A stretch of 64,000 nucleotides of DNA from Setoptus koraiensis (lineage: Eukaryota; Animalia; Arthropoda). Below, piece by piece: positions 24,127-36,590 of this stretch. Made by a program: the position numbers and the translations under genes. The stretch is taken from the NCBI GenBank assembly GCA_048013815.1, contig CM106586.1, positions 7,998,001 through 8,062,000 on the forward strand. Direction: 5' to 3'. The notes under the pieces are model-generated. The model was not told where the DNA came from and searched no databases. It saw only the letters and a list, made by a program, of their open reading frames with translations. Position 1 is the first letter of the stretch. Each line of letters opens with the position of its first letter.

Positions 24127-25272
24127 TGATCAATACAAAATCAACGCTCATCGACACTGCGACAACATCAATTGACGAGGGTAGCAACACACCCAATTAT
24201 TTCTAATTTAAGACATTGCTTCATTGAAATGTGACCACAACAGGCCATGCGCGATACCCATCTGACTGACTTGCAAAATGATGACCGACAAAGTAGACAC
24301 CAAGTTTGGGAGTTTAACGGCAACAACAACAACAACATAACTGTGTAACTTTCTTTGCAAGAGTGTTACAATAAACAATCAAATTGTTATTTGATGTCAG
24401 CATAAAACCCAAATCATAACATAAACAAAATAATGAGCTGTCCTCCTACTCACTGGCCCTATTGAAATCTCTAATTAAACTAAAATCGACTCTATCCAAT
24501 AGGGATAATCCGATGTTCTGACACAACGCCAAAGTTGAAATATTAATAATAATGACTTTATATAAAGCCAGACCATTTCGTAATCGCGAATGACCATCGT
24601 TCGATAAATAAGTCGTTGAAATGTATTGAATGCTAACGACAGACCTTGTGTTGGCAACTTACTCATGAGATTACATTGAGTGTAAAGCAAGTGTGATTAC
24701 ATCGCTTAGACGCTTACCCAATGGTCGTTAACCCAGTTATAGTCGGCCACTAGTCCGCCAGTCCTTTAGCACGCTACACTAGACTTAGGGATGTAGTACC
24801 ATTAGAGTATATAGTTGAATGGCCACTTCAATAAAACCGTAAATTATAGATCCCTTAAAAGTTCTGCTGATTGAACTGATTGTTATATCAGTCAGAGAGC
24901 GATTGTTTTAAATTGTTGTGACAAAACGGTTTGCCCAAAACAACTGCCCGACTGAAGCCGTCGGGATTTGCAAGCCAATTATTGATGTGATCGTGCCGCA
25001 GAGAATGTATCGTCCTCCTTGTTAGTTTTGTTTTCGTGATCGTGTTTCTTTCCATTTTCACATGGCTAATTCAAATTTGTCGTCTGGGAAATTATCAGCT
25101 CAATAATTACTGTGATTCGCTTGATCATGATTAATTTAGGAGCAAATAGACAGCTCAATAGATGCATAAAATGAAGTTACACATGCACTTTACTCTATTC
25201 GGAAACTTGTTCTTCCACACGGACTGCTCTAAATAATATTCTTGCCCCTGTTATTGTTGTATTTGCTGCGCC

Positions 25273-25276
<4 letters not shown>

Positions 25277-25309
<33 letters not shown>
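25277..25309. repeat. (GA)n microsatellite
   Basis: About 16 uninterrupted GA units. Confidence 0.95.
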
Positions 25310-25314
<5 letters not shown>

Positions 25315-28287
25315 TCGAGACAGCAACAGGTTGAAGTTGATTAATCTGTTCGGGTGATTATGATCGAAAAAGTAGGAAGTTTGGAATGATGGCGTTGATT
25401 AACATAATAAACATGAGCAAATCTAATGAGATGATAATGTTAGTATGCATACTTGCATGTGCACTCATAAAGTTAAACAGTTATATCATACAGGTATAGT
25501 AAAAGTTTTTTTTCTTTCTTTTTCTAGGTTAACATTGTGTGTATCACTTGTCTTGCATTCAAGTGCACACACATTATAATACAATATCAATTTCATTACG
25601 GATCGTGCAATGGATTATTAAAATGAGAGGCGACCAAAAATCGGCTAGCTTGCCTTCTCTCTGCTTGGCTCGGTCTCTCAATTTGAAATTGGTTAGTTGC
25701 ATCACATTGTTACTGTTGCTATTGCCATTTAGTCATGTTTATCAAGTTCACTCATACTTGATTACGATCTCCGATGAATCTTATTGTTTTTTAATCGAGC
25801 TTCTTGTCAAACTTTATTGCTGCTTGTCTGGATATCAGTAGTAGTGGTAGCAGTAGTAATATCACTTAGTTGGTTGGAGAGAAAACAGATTTCTCATCCG
25901 ATAGAAGGAAACTAACATAGATTCGGTCGAATGAGGTCGAACCATGACAAAATCGTGCTTGTGAATAATTGGTACCTGGTAAATAATGTGTTTCTGACTC
26001 ATTTCGCAATTCAAATTTACAATTGAATGAACAGCCCAAATGAGACAAAAATTTTTTGGTGGTTGCTGGTCAAAAAATTGACAAGAAACTTTGTTGTCTG
26101 GTACAACTATGTTTCACTAATTATCACACTAATCAGTATGTTTCTTGCAATGAGCAGAGTGTCTACTATTAATAAAAAGTATCAACATATACATTTTCTT
26201 CTACTTATACCATAATAATATATAGATGTCAGAGCATAACAACCAGTGTCCAACACAAACATACACTTTACATAATATAGTTATGTGATAGACGCTTGGT
26301 ATTAACGATCTTCATCTCGACATATTGTGCTCATGCCAGTGTTATTTAGTAGCTAATTATGCAATCTTTGTTTGTTAGCTCTTTCTACATTGAGAATCAT
26401 TATTTATATCGACACGTGTTCTCATTATGAATATGTATATTTTTTTTGGTTCTATTGCCATCTGATCCATGTCCATTTATGAAAATGATTCTGGACACGC
26501 ATGGAAATCGCAAGAGGTACTGTAAGGCACTTGGTGGCTTGATCAGACAAAAAGTTACCAGAAGCTCTAACAGCTACATTGCTAAAGGGCTGCTTAGTAT
26601 CAACTAATAGACAGATCAAATCAGGTGAATAGAGGGAAAAATGACCAAGAAGCTACGGACAAATAGAGTGCAAGTTGTTCTTGTTTTGTCGATTTCCTAT
26701 TGATAATCAATCGCTTGCCAAGTATGTAGTAGCCATATCATATATAGGTGATTGGAGATTTAAACATGTATAATCAATGCATTTAGGAGTGGTAGCGAGG
26801 ACGGTGAAAGTGGTAGCAACAGGTTGAAGGTTGTTGCATTAGATATCAGGCGTAAGGGTACTTATTATTACTGATTATGAAAATCTGGCTCGCTTGAGAT
26901 TATTGAACTTCGTTTTAAGCAAATGTTGTCTGTGCGAGCGCAAGTGCTTGAGAACGTTATTAGTGAATTTCAAAGGTCATCAGTGGTAATTGGGTGGTTG
27001 CATTGGCGTTGGTGTTGATCGGATAATTACCAAGATGATGAGTTAAAGCAAAAAATATGGTCCATGGGCGAGTGCATCTGAACAAATCCAGTATCGCATG
27101 TGGTTGAATTTGAATAATATCACGCTTGTGTTGTCGTTGTGTGTAATGGCTATCAGTTGGCCATAATCGATTAATTTGCGACGTGCTTTGCCCCCGGTGC
27201 CGTTGTTGTTGTTGATGACAATGCAACTGGAAATATATGAGTCTCATTGACCATGAGCCTCCAGAGAGGAAGTCGGATTGTTGGAAAATTGCCCGTTTGT
27301 TGTGATTGGCAACAATGATTGTTGGCTCGTATTCATTGTTTGCAATTGGCGAAACCTTGTTGCTGAATAGAGCGCGGAGTCCATGAATTTGCTGGCGGAG
27401 ATGATGATATATCATGAGTGAAGGTCCATGATTAACCTTTCAATGACACAATACACAAACACAGTGTATAATCTCTTGTGCCGCTTCATTTCGCGGCTGT
27501 CCCCGGCACTGGCGGTCAGTTGGCGGTTAGGTAACGGCATAACTCATTTTGTTGCTGTCGGCGGCGGCGGCGGCTCGAAATAATCCTATCTGTTTTCCCT
27601 TATCGCGATACAGTCTAGACAGTGGCCAGTGTTTGTATTAATTTTGCTATTAAAAGACCCAACGTGTTGCATGTAAAATGGAGTGGCGCGTAGACTAGAT
27701 CAATTGGCGGATAAATTGAGAGGCTTAAGACAAACTTGCAATTGTCGAGTCAAGGTTGCAAATCTCGTTAGAATTTATATTGTTTATTGTTGCCAGTAAG
27801 TGGGCGAGTGTGATGCAAGTTGAATGGTCGAGTTCAAAGGTTGATCAGATCGGCTCGGATTGGTTCGGTTCGGATTGGTTCGGTTCGGTTGGGATCAATC
27901 AGGCCAACAGTTGGCGAGGAAGGAAACTCGAGGTTCGGTTAAGTTCACGCAGAGAACAACGAGTTGTTCCATGCCACTTGCTTACCGCTGTGTGCGTGCC
28001 CGCACAACTGCACCATTTATCATTGTCGATGGTCTGGGCGCGCTCGCAACGGTTAGCTGTTTCAATGCTATGGTAACGGCCTGTACTCCACACGTAACTG
28101 CACAAGACGAATAGCGCAGTCGATGATGGTGTATCGGGCGAGCCTCTCAAGTGGCAGCTGCCGCCGTCCATTCAATGGATTCCATTGCACAAGTGCGCTC
28201 ATTTGTGTGCGCTGGCAACATCGTGTAACTTGCAACTTGCGAGTTGCAGCTCGAAACTGGCAGTCGGCACACACTCATGTAGAACAC

Positions 28288-28322
28288 GACTCATGTAACA
28301 TGACTCATGTTACATGAGTCAT
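28288..28322. promoter_or_regulatory. 33-bp palindrome containing tandem AP-1/GCN4-type sites
   Basis: gactcatgtaacatgaCtcatgttacatgagtc has perfect 16-bp arms. ATGACTCAT at 28300-28308 and ATGAGTCAT at 28314-28322. Function is inferred. Confidence 0.4.
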
Positions 28323-29727
28323 GTTTCACTAGCAGTGTAGCTGTGCCCATTGTCGAACAACACACAAAAGTTCTATACAACGTTGTCCGGCAACGTGGCC
28401 AGCGTAGAACTTTCACTTTGGTTACATGTTGGCTACATGTGCAACATGGCGACTGTATTGTCGAACTTTGTCGCCTGTGTGACACAGCCTGTGTCCGTGT
28501 AACTCGCTCAGCACGAGTGTTCAACCTGCACACAGCGTAACTTACACTGTGTAAGTGCGTGTCGAAACACGTTACTAACGTGACGCTAGCGAACTATGAC
28601 AACCTGGCAGCCATTGTCGGCGGCCATGTTGGCAGCGAACGCGCGACGCGTTGTCCAAGCGGCTGCAACGGCCGCCATCGCTCGCCGCTGTTATCAATAG
28701 AATCAATGATCAAATCGTGTCTGGTCGTGAGTCGTGTTTGGTCGTCAGGGGGGCAAGCGCGGGGCAACACACTGTAGTGAGCCGCTATCTGATACAGCGA
28801 CCATCAGTGTTATTATAGGGCGGGTCGAAGGTTCGGCGAGCGACAGCGAAAGTATTGTGTCGCTGATTCTGCTGCTGTCTTGAAGTTGGCGCACGAAAGT
28901 GGCAGTCAGTGCGGCAGTTAGTGCAATGGTCAGTGATGCCAGCAGCAGCCGCTGAACCTGCCGCGCGCTTGCCAGTTACTGGCAGCCAGTACGTTGCAGT
29001 GTGAAACGAATCGCGCAACAAGCAACTAACAACCAAATCGCCAACCAATGGAAATGAGCAGCCATGCAACAAGCGCGCGAAACGAATCGCCAGCGCGCAC
29101 GCACATAGTTCGACAGAGCCAAACATATCGGTGTCGCTAATTGAATGCGCTGTTGCGCCCACCACACTGCCCCCAGCCCACTGGCTGTTCAGTGCGAGTG
29201 AGCTTGAGTTAAAATTCTCAAAAGTGATCCCCAGCTATGGCGGCCAACAAATCGAACAACAGAAAGGAAGTCAAACACAAAGGCGGGGGGAGGAGATGGG
29301 CGAGCTGCGCGGCTTGTTCGCTTTCTTCAACGCCCGTGCATCAACCGTTCGAGCCGGATCGCCGACACTTACATAATAGCGCCGCTCTGACCAAACGGAC
29401 ACCAGTTCGTCGTTTGCTCCAGATTGATCAACATATCAAGTTGAAGAGGAAGTTGAACAAAATTTAATTTTTATTTTATCATTATCAGCACATAATCGTC
29501 GTAACAACAGTGTGAGTACAAGTAATCAACAGGTTGACAAGTTCAAGCACCAAGTCGCTCAAGTGACAGCGTCCAATCCGTGCGATATTCTCACACAAAA
29601 TCACAATTCTCACCCACTTTCTCTCCCGAATCGATTCCCACGGAATTCCCAACCAAAAATCTAAATAATAATAACAATAATAATTGATTGATTGTTCGCC
29701 CACTCATTCCAACACAGTCCACACAAA

Positions 29728-31170
29728 ATGGTAAGTACACCCGTGCCCGTTCGTTGTTTGCATTTGCCACCACAACAATCAACATTTGCGAATGTGCCAC
29801 ATCTTAATTACTCAGCGCACCCGACTGACATGGCACTAACCTCTATCCAAACATTTTCACCTAATTATCACCATCGACAGTTGACCAAAATAGTTGCTGT
29901 CACTTGCCTGGTGGCCTCTCTTGCCCATTTGGCGACATCGCAAGCCACCCATCCAACAACAGCAAGCGAACAGGCCGCCAAGCTACAAGCTCAACAGGCC
30001 AAGCTGCATTACGTAGAAATTGGACCATCACTCAAGGGAGACTACAAATTTGGTTATGACACAGGTAGCGGACCAGCAGGACAGAGCTTCCGTGAGGAGA
30101 CCCGTCTCGATGATGGAACAGTCAAGGGTGCATATGGCTACATTGACGCAAACGGTAAACAACGTATTGTCAAATACTCGGCCGGCAAAGCCGGTTTTGT
30201 TGTTGAGGGCGATGAAGAGGCACCAGGTCAAGCAGCTGCTGCAGCGGCCGCACCAGCCCATGCACCAGCTCCGGCGCCTGCCCCAAGACACCACGCCCCA
30301 CAACCACAACATCCAGCAGGTTTGGCAGCTACCCTCGAGTACCCGGTCACCAGAGTGGCCGCTCCGGCTCCACAACCGGCACCACAGCCACAATATCAGC
30401 CACAACCAGCACCAGCACCACAACCACAATACCAGCAACAACCATCAGCAACGCCAGCTCACCATGTTGTTGATCCCCAAAACGGACAATATTTCTCTTC
30501 GACCAATGATGCCAACCTAAACAATATCCTCATGCAACAGTTGCGCCAATTGCAACAAGGACCAGTTTTCTCACCTCAATACGCCCCACCGCCGGCACCA
30601 GTTCAACAAACTCAACCAGCTCAACAAGCCACCCAACAATACCCACAACAGCCTCAGCAAGCCCACTTCCAACAACAACAACCCCAAGCTCCAGTCAATA
30701 ACCCGGATGAGTTCAGTCATGTACTTCGCGCCCGCCAAGTAGCAGCTCAACCGCAACCGCAACAACAACAACCACAGGCCACCAACCAAGCATCAGCAGC
30801 TTTATTGGCTTTGGCCCAACAACAGCAACACGATGCTCAGATGTTAGCCAACCTGAGACAGCAACAGTTGCTTCAATTGCAACAACAGCAACAGGTCGCA
30901 CGTCAAGCTCAGCCAGCCCCACAACCTCAATACCAGCAGCAACAACAATTGCAACAACAACAACTGCATCAACAGCAACAGCTCCAACTACAGCAGCAGC
31001 AACAACAGCACCAACAACAACAACAATTTCAAGCTCAACGTCAGCAGCAATCTTCACCTGTTGCAACACAGGAGGTAGCACCTGCACCCCAGCCTGAAGT
31101 TTTTGGCCCACCAGTCATCGATGTTAGAACTCTACAATACTCAATAGGACAACAAACTAGAAGTGGATAA
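29728..31170 (+). CDS. Cuticular protein with RR chitin-binding domain, Q/P/A-rich; join(29728..29730,29881..31170)
   Basis: ATG|GTAAGT at 29728-29736 and CAG acceptor at 29878-29880 give signal peptide MLTKIVAVTCLVASLAHLATS. RR motif DYKFGYDTG...REETRLDDGTVKGAYGYIDANGKQRIVKYSAGKAGF. C-terminal PVIDVRTLQYSIG. Confidence 0.92.
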   Translation: MVSTPVPVRCLHLPPQQSTFANVPHLNYSAHPTDMALTSIQTFSPNYHHRQLTKIVAVTCLVASLAHLATSQATHPTTASEQAAKLQAQQAKLHYVEIGPSLKGDYKFGYDTGSGPAGQSFREETRLDDGTVKGAYGYIDANGKQRIVKYSAGKAGFVVEGDEEAPGQAAAAAAAPAHAPAPAPAPRHHAPQPQHPAGLAATLEYPVTRVAAPAPQPAPQPQYQPQPAPAPQPQYQQQPSATPAHHVVDPQNGQYFSSTNDANLNNILMQQLRQLQQGPVFSPQYAPPPAPVQQTQPAQQATQQYPQQPQQAHFQQQQPQAPVNNPDEFSHVLRARQVAAQPQPQQQQPQATNQASAALLALAQQQQHDAQMLANLRQQQLLQLQQQQQVARQAQPAPQPQYQQQQQLQQQQLHQQQQLQLQQQQQQHQQQQQFQAQRQQQSSPVATQEVAPAPQPEVFGPPVIDVRTLQYSIGQQTRSG

Positions 31171-31235
31171 ATATTCAAGTCAACTTATCCTTTGTTGGGT
31201 CAAAGCTATGCCCAAAATATTATTTTATTTTTTTT

Positions 31236-32042
31236 AACATCCAACTAAGACGCTTGACAATTCTAATCATCATCATGATATGTATATAAGCATATTATTG
31301 TTGCATGCTCTGATGTTCAGCATTGACTTGTTGGAAAAAGTTTGCGGGTGCTCTCAAAAAGCATCCATTAATATTATCTAATAATCATAGTTATGTATTA
31401 TTCGACAATATCTAGATAAATGTCATTCCTGATTGACTTTGGTTATGTGTTGTTTATGATCATAACTATATCGAATCGCCATAGATATTCTAATCTTATT
31501 CTAAATAAATATTTATATTAACTGAATGTGTATTTGCCCTTTACAAAGTTACTCAATTTCGTTGCCACCTGAATAAATGATCTTATCATCAGCTAACTGT
31601 GCTACTGCTCATCATCTGAGCCGGCATACATACTAGAATATATTTGTAGAATTTATAAAATCTACTCTCTGTATGTAAATGTAGCTTCAAAAATTCTTGG
31701 GAGAGCTCATAGAGAATACCTGGGTTTCCATCTTATTAAAAGTTTATCAGAACGCAGATGAGCAACAAGAACTTCTTAATAGCATAAAATAGGTTGGACA
31801 AACACAGGCAGTCTATCGAAATAAAAATGGTACATTTTCTCATCTCGAGCGGCCACTATTCGACTTCAGTGGGCCATAACGGAGGACAACGGGATGTTTT
31901 TTGTGGAGATCCAAGCATGCTTGATGGATAGAGTCCCATTGTTTAACAACTATGACATAATGGCTGTTCAATGATAGTAATAAATTGTCAACTCGACTTA
32001 TCCCTTGTCGAATCAAAGTTGTATCTCGTATATCATTGCTCC
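31236..32042 (+). repeat. Diverged tandem duplicate of the region upstream of the 33082 gene (second unit begins ~32043)
   Basis: aacatccaactaagacgcttgacaattctaatcatcatcatgatatg at 31236 vs aacatccaacaaagacgctagacaatctcaatcatcatcatgatatg at 32043. Colinear for ~340 bp, including 'gccatagatattctaatcttattc'. 31590-31700 also matches the promoter region 32850-32960. Confidence 0.85.
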
Positions 32043-32932
32043 AACATCCAACAAAGACGCTAGACAATCTCAATCATCATCATGATATGCATATAAACAT
32101 ATCATTGTCGCATGCTCTGATGCTCAGCATTGATTGATTCAACACAATTAGCTTATGCTCCTCACAAGCATTAATTGAATTCACCTATTAATCATAGTTG
32201 CGAATTATGCGGCACTATTTGGATAAATGTCAGCCCCGACGGTGTTTGGTTATATATTATTTATAACGACAACCACGTCGTATTGCCATAGATATTCTAA
32301 TCTTATTCGGAATAGATATTTATATTAACTAGATGTGTGTTCGCCTGCTACGAGGTTGCTTAAACCCTCTAACACCTGAAGAAATGAATCTATCAGAGCA
32401 CGCAGTCATGATTTTCGTATTGAAGCTAAAATTTCTTCCGTTTAGCAACCTTGACCTTGTCTTGTTATTCTCTAGTTTTCCTGACTTGATATAAGCAATC
32501 GAGCACCTTCCTATCGACCCGGTTCACGCGCAACCACAACAAGCTTGTCACAAAACATAGATACTATTTATATGTGTTTCCGACTGTCGAATTAGCCAGC
32601 CGAAAGGCAGAGAATATCAATTGATTCATTCAAAGTCAGCCTCTTTACTCATGCTCACGACCACCGAATGTGTGCTGCATCCGTTCATATTCAACAATTT
32701 GTGTGCAATGCTCAAGGGATGCATCTTCGCGAGAGTCACAAGCTCGATAGTTCAGGTGGATATTCGCTAGCAAAAAACTGCGAAGCCGCTTATCGAAGCA
32801 AGTAGATGAGCCTCCCGAAATAGATTGGGATCATAGTCAAATGTCACCTGCTAGCTTCTGTTGCCTATCATCTGAGCTGACATACATGTCATAGTGTACT
32901 TATTCTACAGCTTCTAGAATATTCTCTCTGTC

Positions 32933-32940
32933 TATAAATA
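32933..32940 (+). promoter_or_regulatory. TATA box of Cys-rich peptide gene
   Basis: TATAAATA about 140 bp upstream of ATG 33082. Confidence 0.55.
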
Positions 32941-33081
32941 GAGCCTAGAAAACTGTTGCGAGGCTTGCAGCGAGGACTTCATTCTATTCGACTTGTATCA
33001 GAAACAAGATAAGTGACAGAAATTTCTTCACAATTTAAATTAAGTTAGGTAAATCTAAGCAGCAGATCCACCGGAAACAAA

Positions 33082-33393
33082 ATGGTTCGTCCATCGTTGG
33101 TCTTAATAGCAGCTGCTGCTGTTGTAATGGCAATAATGGGAGCTCCGGTCGATTGTGACGAGGAAACAATCGACATGTTTGACTTGACTCCCAGAAAAGT
33201 CACGTTGCATCCTGATAGCCTGTTCGAAGAGGCACCAGAGGATGTTTGTAAGGGTCAGCCGCCAAGATTGTGCGCGGATTGTTGCCGCAAAAATGGGTAT
33301 CACTCACACCGTTCAAAACACTCGGATCCAACTTCAACATTTGGATTGACACCAAAATGTACGTGCCTGAAAGATCCCAAGCGACAAGTTTGA
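33082..33393 (+). CDS. Secreted cysteine-rich peptide with acidic pro-region, defensin-like (CSalpha-beta-type spacing)
   Basis: Signal peptide MVRPSLVLIAAAAVVMAIMGAPVDC; acidic segment; six Cys in the mature part as C-x7-CADCC...CTC (CxxxC plus CxC); TATA upstream. Confidence 0.7.
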   Translation: MVRPSLVLIAAAAVVMAIMGAPVDCDEETIDMFDLTPRKVTLHPDSLFEEAPEDVCKGQPPRLCADCCRKNGYHSHRSKHSDPTSTFGLTPKCTCLKDPKRQV

Positions 33394-35803
33394 GGTCGCT
33401 GACCATGGTGAATTCAGATGTGTGATCGGATGACGCTTATCGAAGCCAGCATTTATGCAAGCACGCTCAAGAGAGAGTCTCATTATTTGTCATCTATGGG
33501 ACAAATGACTGATTTCTCACAATCATCCTGACAAGCGCTTTGTCGTTTTGTCTTTGTCCGTTGCAACAATAAATATCACCTAACTGATTTTTAGACCTGA
33601 TGATTGATTTGGTCGGCTCGAATCGGAGGATTCGTTGGTGTATCTCGCGTGGCACCGTCAAAAGAGAGACCAACCATACGGGGGGGGGGCCGACGCAGAT
33701 TGTGATCGTCGAGGAGGCCACAATGAGAGCATGATGGATGCGAACAATTAATGAGAGTCCCACAAACAAGATATTCAAGGGCAACTGTGAGTTGTGTTAT
33801 ACGGCTCAATCAAGTGGCGACGACAAGCTCAACTACGACATACTCGCTTACTTGTTAGACTGGCACATGCACTCGCGCTAGCCGAGATTGCAAACTCGAG
33901 AGGTCAAATTGTTGGCAGTCGATGCCAAGATCTCGATCCGATTATTATCGCTCGTTTCGGCTTATTATTGCCATCGCCATTTGTTTGTCGCTCTATTGAT
34001 TGTCTTTGTTGTTGTTGTTGCTGCTGCTGGTAGCTGCTGCAGTTGCTAATTTGCAAGTGAAAAGCAACAACAATCTGGAATAGAGTATCGCGATTCGCGA
34101 CAGGTTCTGTTCGCGAGCAGAGAGAGAGAGAGTGCAGATTCATTTGATTGTCGCTGGTACGCTGACGGCCACAGCCAGCGACGACAGTGGCGAAACTTCA
34201 ACCAAACAAAACAAATATTGCCATGAGCATGATAATGGTAATAATCATAACGTAGCGAAGCAGCGTACGTAATGAAGACGTCAAGCGACTTAGACGAGAC
34301 ATACATCAATTCAGGCGACTCTATAGTTGGCAGAATGGATACAATAATACGCATTACATTGGAACAGTTTAAAACAAGAAATTGTCTGCTTCATTGATGG
34401 CGATAAGGCATTCACGTAGCGAGCATTAGTCGCTAGTGTCACTTGACTGTAATGGTTTACAGTGTTTAGTTTCATTGTAGCCAGTGAAGACAGCGTAAAT
34501 GATGGCTGTCGTTGTTGTTGTTGTTGGTGCGTTGTTGAGAACGACGAAATAACAGATAAGAGTCGCTGTAATAGAGAGAGAGAGAGTTAGACAAAACAAC
34601 AACTATATCGACAAGCACATTGTTGTTTGGCGCTTGTTTGTGTTGTTGTTTCGGTTGTTATGTAAATGGTGACACGCAAAGTCACGACAACAACAACAGC
34701 AACATCAACCGCAACCACATAACCAAACTGAGGGCAAAGAGTGCTCGTTGGGCCATGCATCAACCAAGTTGATACACACACAACAAACAAACATGTGATA
34801 ATGACAATGAGCGAGCCAGAGTAGATAATCGAGCGAATTGAGTAAAACAATTAACAACAATTTCAATTGTAAGCGATGTGTGTGGCTTGTGCGCTCGGCT
34901 CCACCGACAACCGCCCGAGAGATAATAATTGTTTTATTTAATTCAAGCTTGCATCTCATTTCATCATTCATTTACCAAGCATCATTTCACCGAGCCGTGA
35001 TGAACTGGGACCTTTGCACAAAGGGCCGTCGTCTCGGAGTCTCGTTAGTGGCTCCGCGATGAGTCATGAGCGAGTAAATAGCGAGCTGTTGGATATTGAA
35101 CTTGAACTATCTATCCGCCCGTTGCCAGTATCATCATTGTGTGTGTGTGACTCTAGTGCATTTCAGAGACATCTCGTTGGATTATCAATGGTACCAAAGC
35201 GGGCGAGTGAGCTAGAGAGAGAGAGCGACAGAGATCTAGATTAATCGACACGAACAGCTAATCGTTGCCTGCTCTTAGGATCTCGCTCACGTTGTTTCGT
35301 TATTTTGTTGTCGACACACCGCACATGATGGAGCGGATGATCCAGCAGATGATATCCGTGATATCTGATGCTGGCTGAGAGAGAGAGAAAGCCCGTCTAA
35401 GGGTATAGAGGCGCCGAGACGACGCGGCAGCGTCTCGACAGCGAGCTCGCTAGCGCAACAAGCGAGCGACTGCGACTAGCTAATAAAATTTAAAATGCAA
35501 GATGTAAAATGTAAAACGTAAAACGCAAATTGTATTTGATAATAGATGGAATAAAAAAGGGAGACTTAATCATTAATTAAACAGAATGTGATGATTATTC
35601 TCGCGTTCGTAAGTCGTTAGCTTTTTTAGCGGCGCACACAGGGCGCCACAAAATGAACAAACTTCACTGCCAGCTCAACGAATTTTAACGAGAGAAACAA
35701 CTAAAACACAACAGTCATACTAAATACATGCCGACAACTAATTACGGACCGCGCTCGCTGGTCCCTCTAATTGGGCCTCGATACCGGCTAGCGCGATTAT
35801 TAC

Positions 35804-35870
35804 GAGCCCGATTATCATGAGCCCGATTATCATGAGCTCGATCATCATGAGCTCGATCACTGTGAGCTCG
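35804..35870. repeat. 15-bp minisatellite (gagc[c/t]cgat[t/c]atcat), about 4.5 copies
   Basis: Units at 35804, 35819, 35834, 35849 and 35864. Confidence 0.85.
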
Positions 35871-36497
35871 TTCGCCATTAGAATGCTCCGAGTGTCCGCC
35901 CACGACGAATATCCGGCCTGCTGACGGGTTGCTGTTCGCCATCAAGTCCCACTGTCTGCTCTGTAAACATGGAGAGATATATCCAGCCAGCTGCTGGCTC
36001 GACGATAATGAGGCTTCCTCTGTGAATTGTGGCCCCTGTTGACCTGTCGCCAGGCGCGTTTGTGTGTGTGTGTGGCGACTCGAGCAGATGATGACGATAA
36101 GCAAAATGACGACAACCGCGAGATGACGACAACAAAATAATATTTTGAGTTATCCGTCGCTAGTTTTACTTATCCGTCTCACAATCGCGTATCGCGCATC
36201 GCACAATGACGCTCCGCGAACGCGAACCTAGCGAGGGGCCATTCATGTGCGCTGTGTGCGTGCCTTGTTGTGCGCCCCCGACAAGACGCAAACAACAATT
36301 AGACAACAATATTCTAGTGTCAGCGTTTTGATGATGGCTGCCATTAGAGCGGCATTGACATTGTATCAATTAGTTGATGCGTGGGCGCCATATCGCTCCA
36401 GAGACACAGTTGGCAGCGACAGACACACATCGATCGCTCTTCCGATCGTCACGCATCAATACATCACGCAACTCACACACGTCACATGTACCCCGCA

Positions 36498-36590
36498 CAT
36501 CACACATATCCCATACATCACATATGCCCCATACATCACATATACCCCATACATGCCATAGATCACATATATCCCATATATCACATGTAT
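36498..36590. repeat. Degenerate 18-bp minisatellite (catcacatat-cccata)
   Basis: Units at 36498, 36516, 36534 and 36561. Source of the His/Pro/Tyr-repeat ORFs in the track. Confidence 0.8.

Noticed and set aside
26960-27415. 151-aa minus-strand ORF
   Set aside because: No recognisable motif, and no compatible neighbouring exons were found.
29692-29880. N-terminal 63 aa of track ORF 29692..31170
   Set aside because: Better explained by ATG 29728 plus a stop-free 150-nt intron, which yields a proper signal peptide.
36247-36561. ORF ending in PYITYAPYITYTPYMP, resembling a cuticle protein
   Set aside because: The repeat is explained by an 18-bp minisatellite, and the signal peptide is unconvincing.
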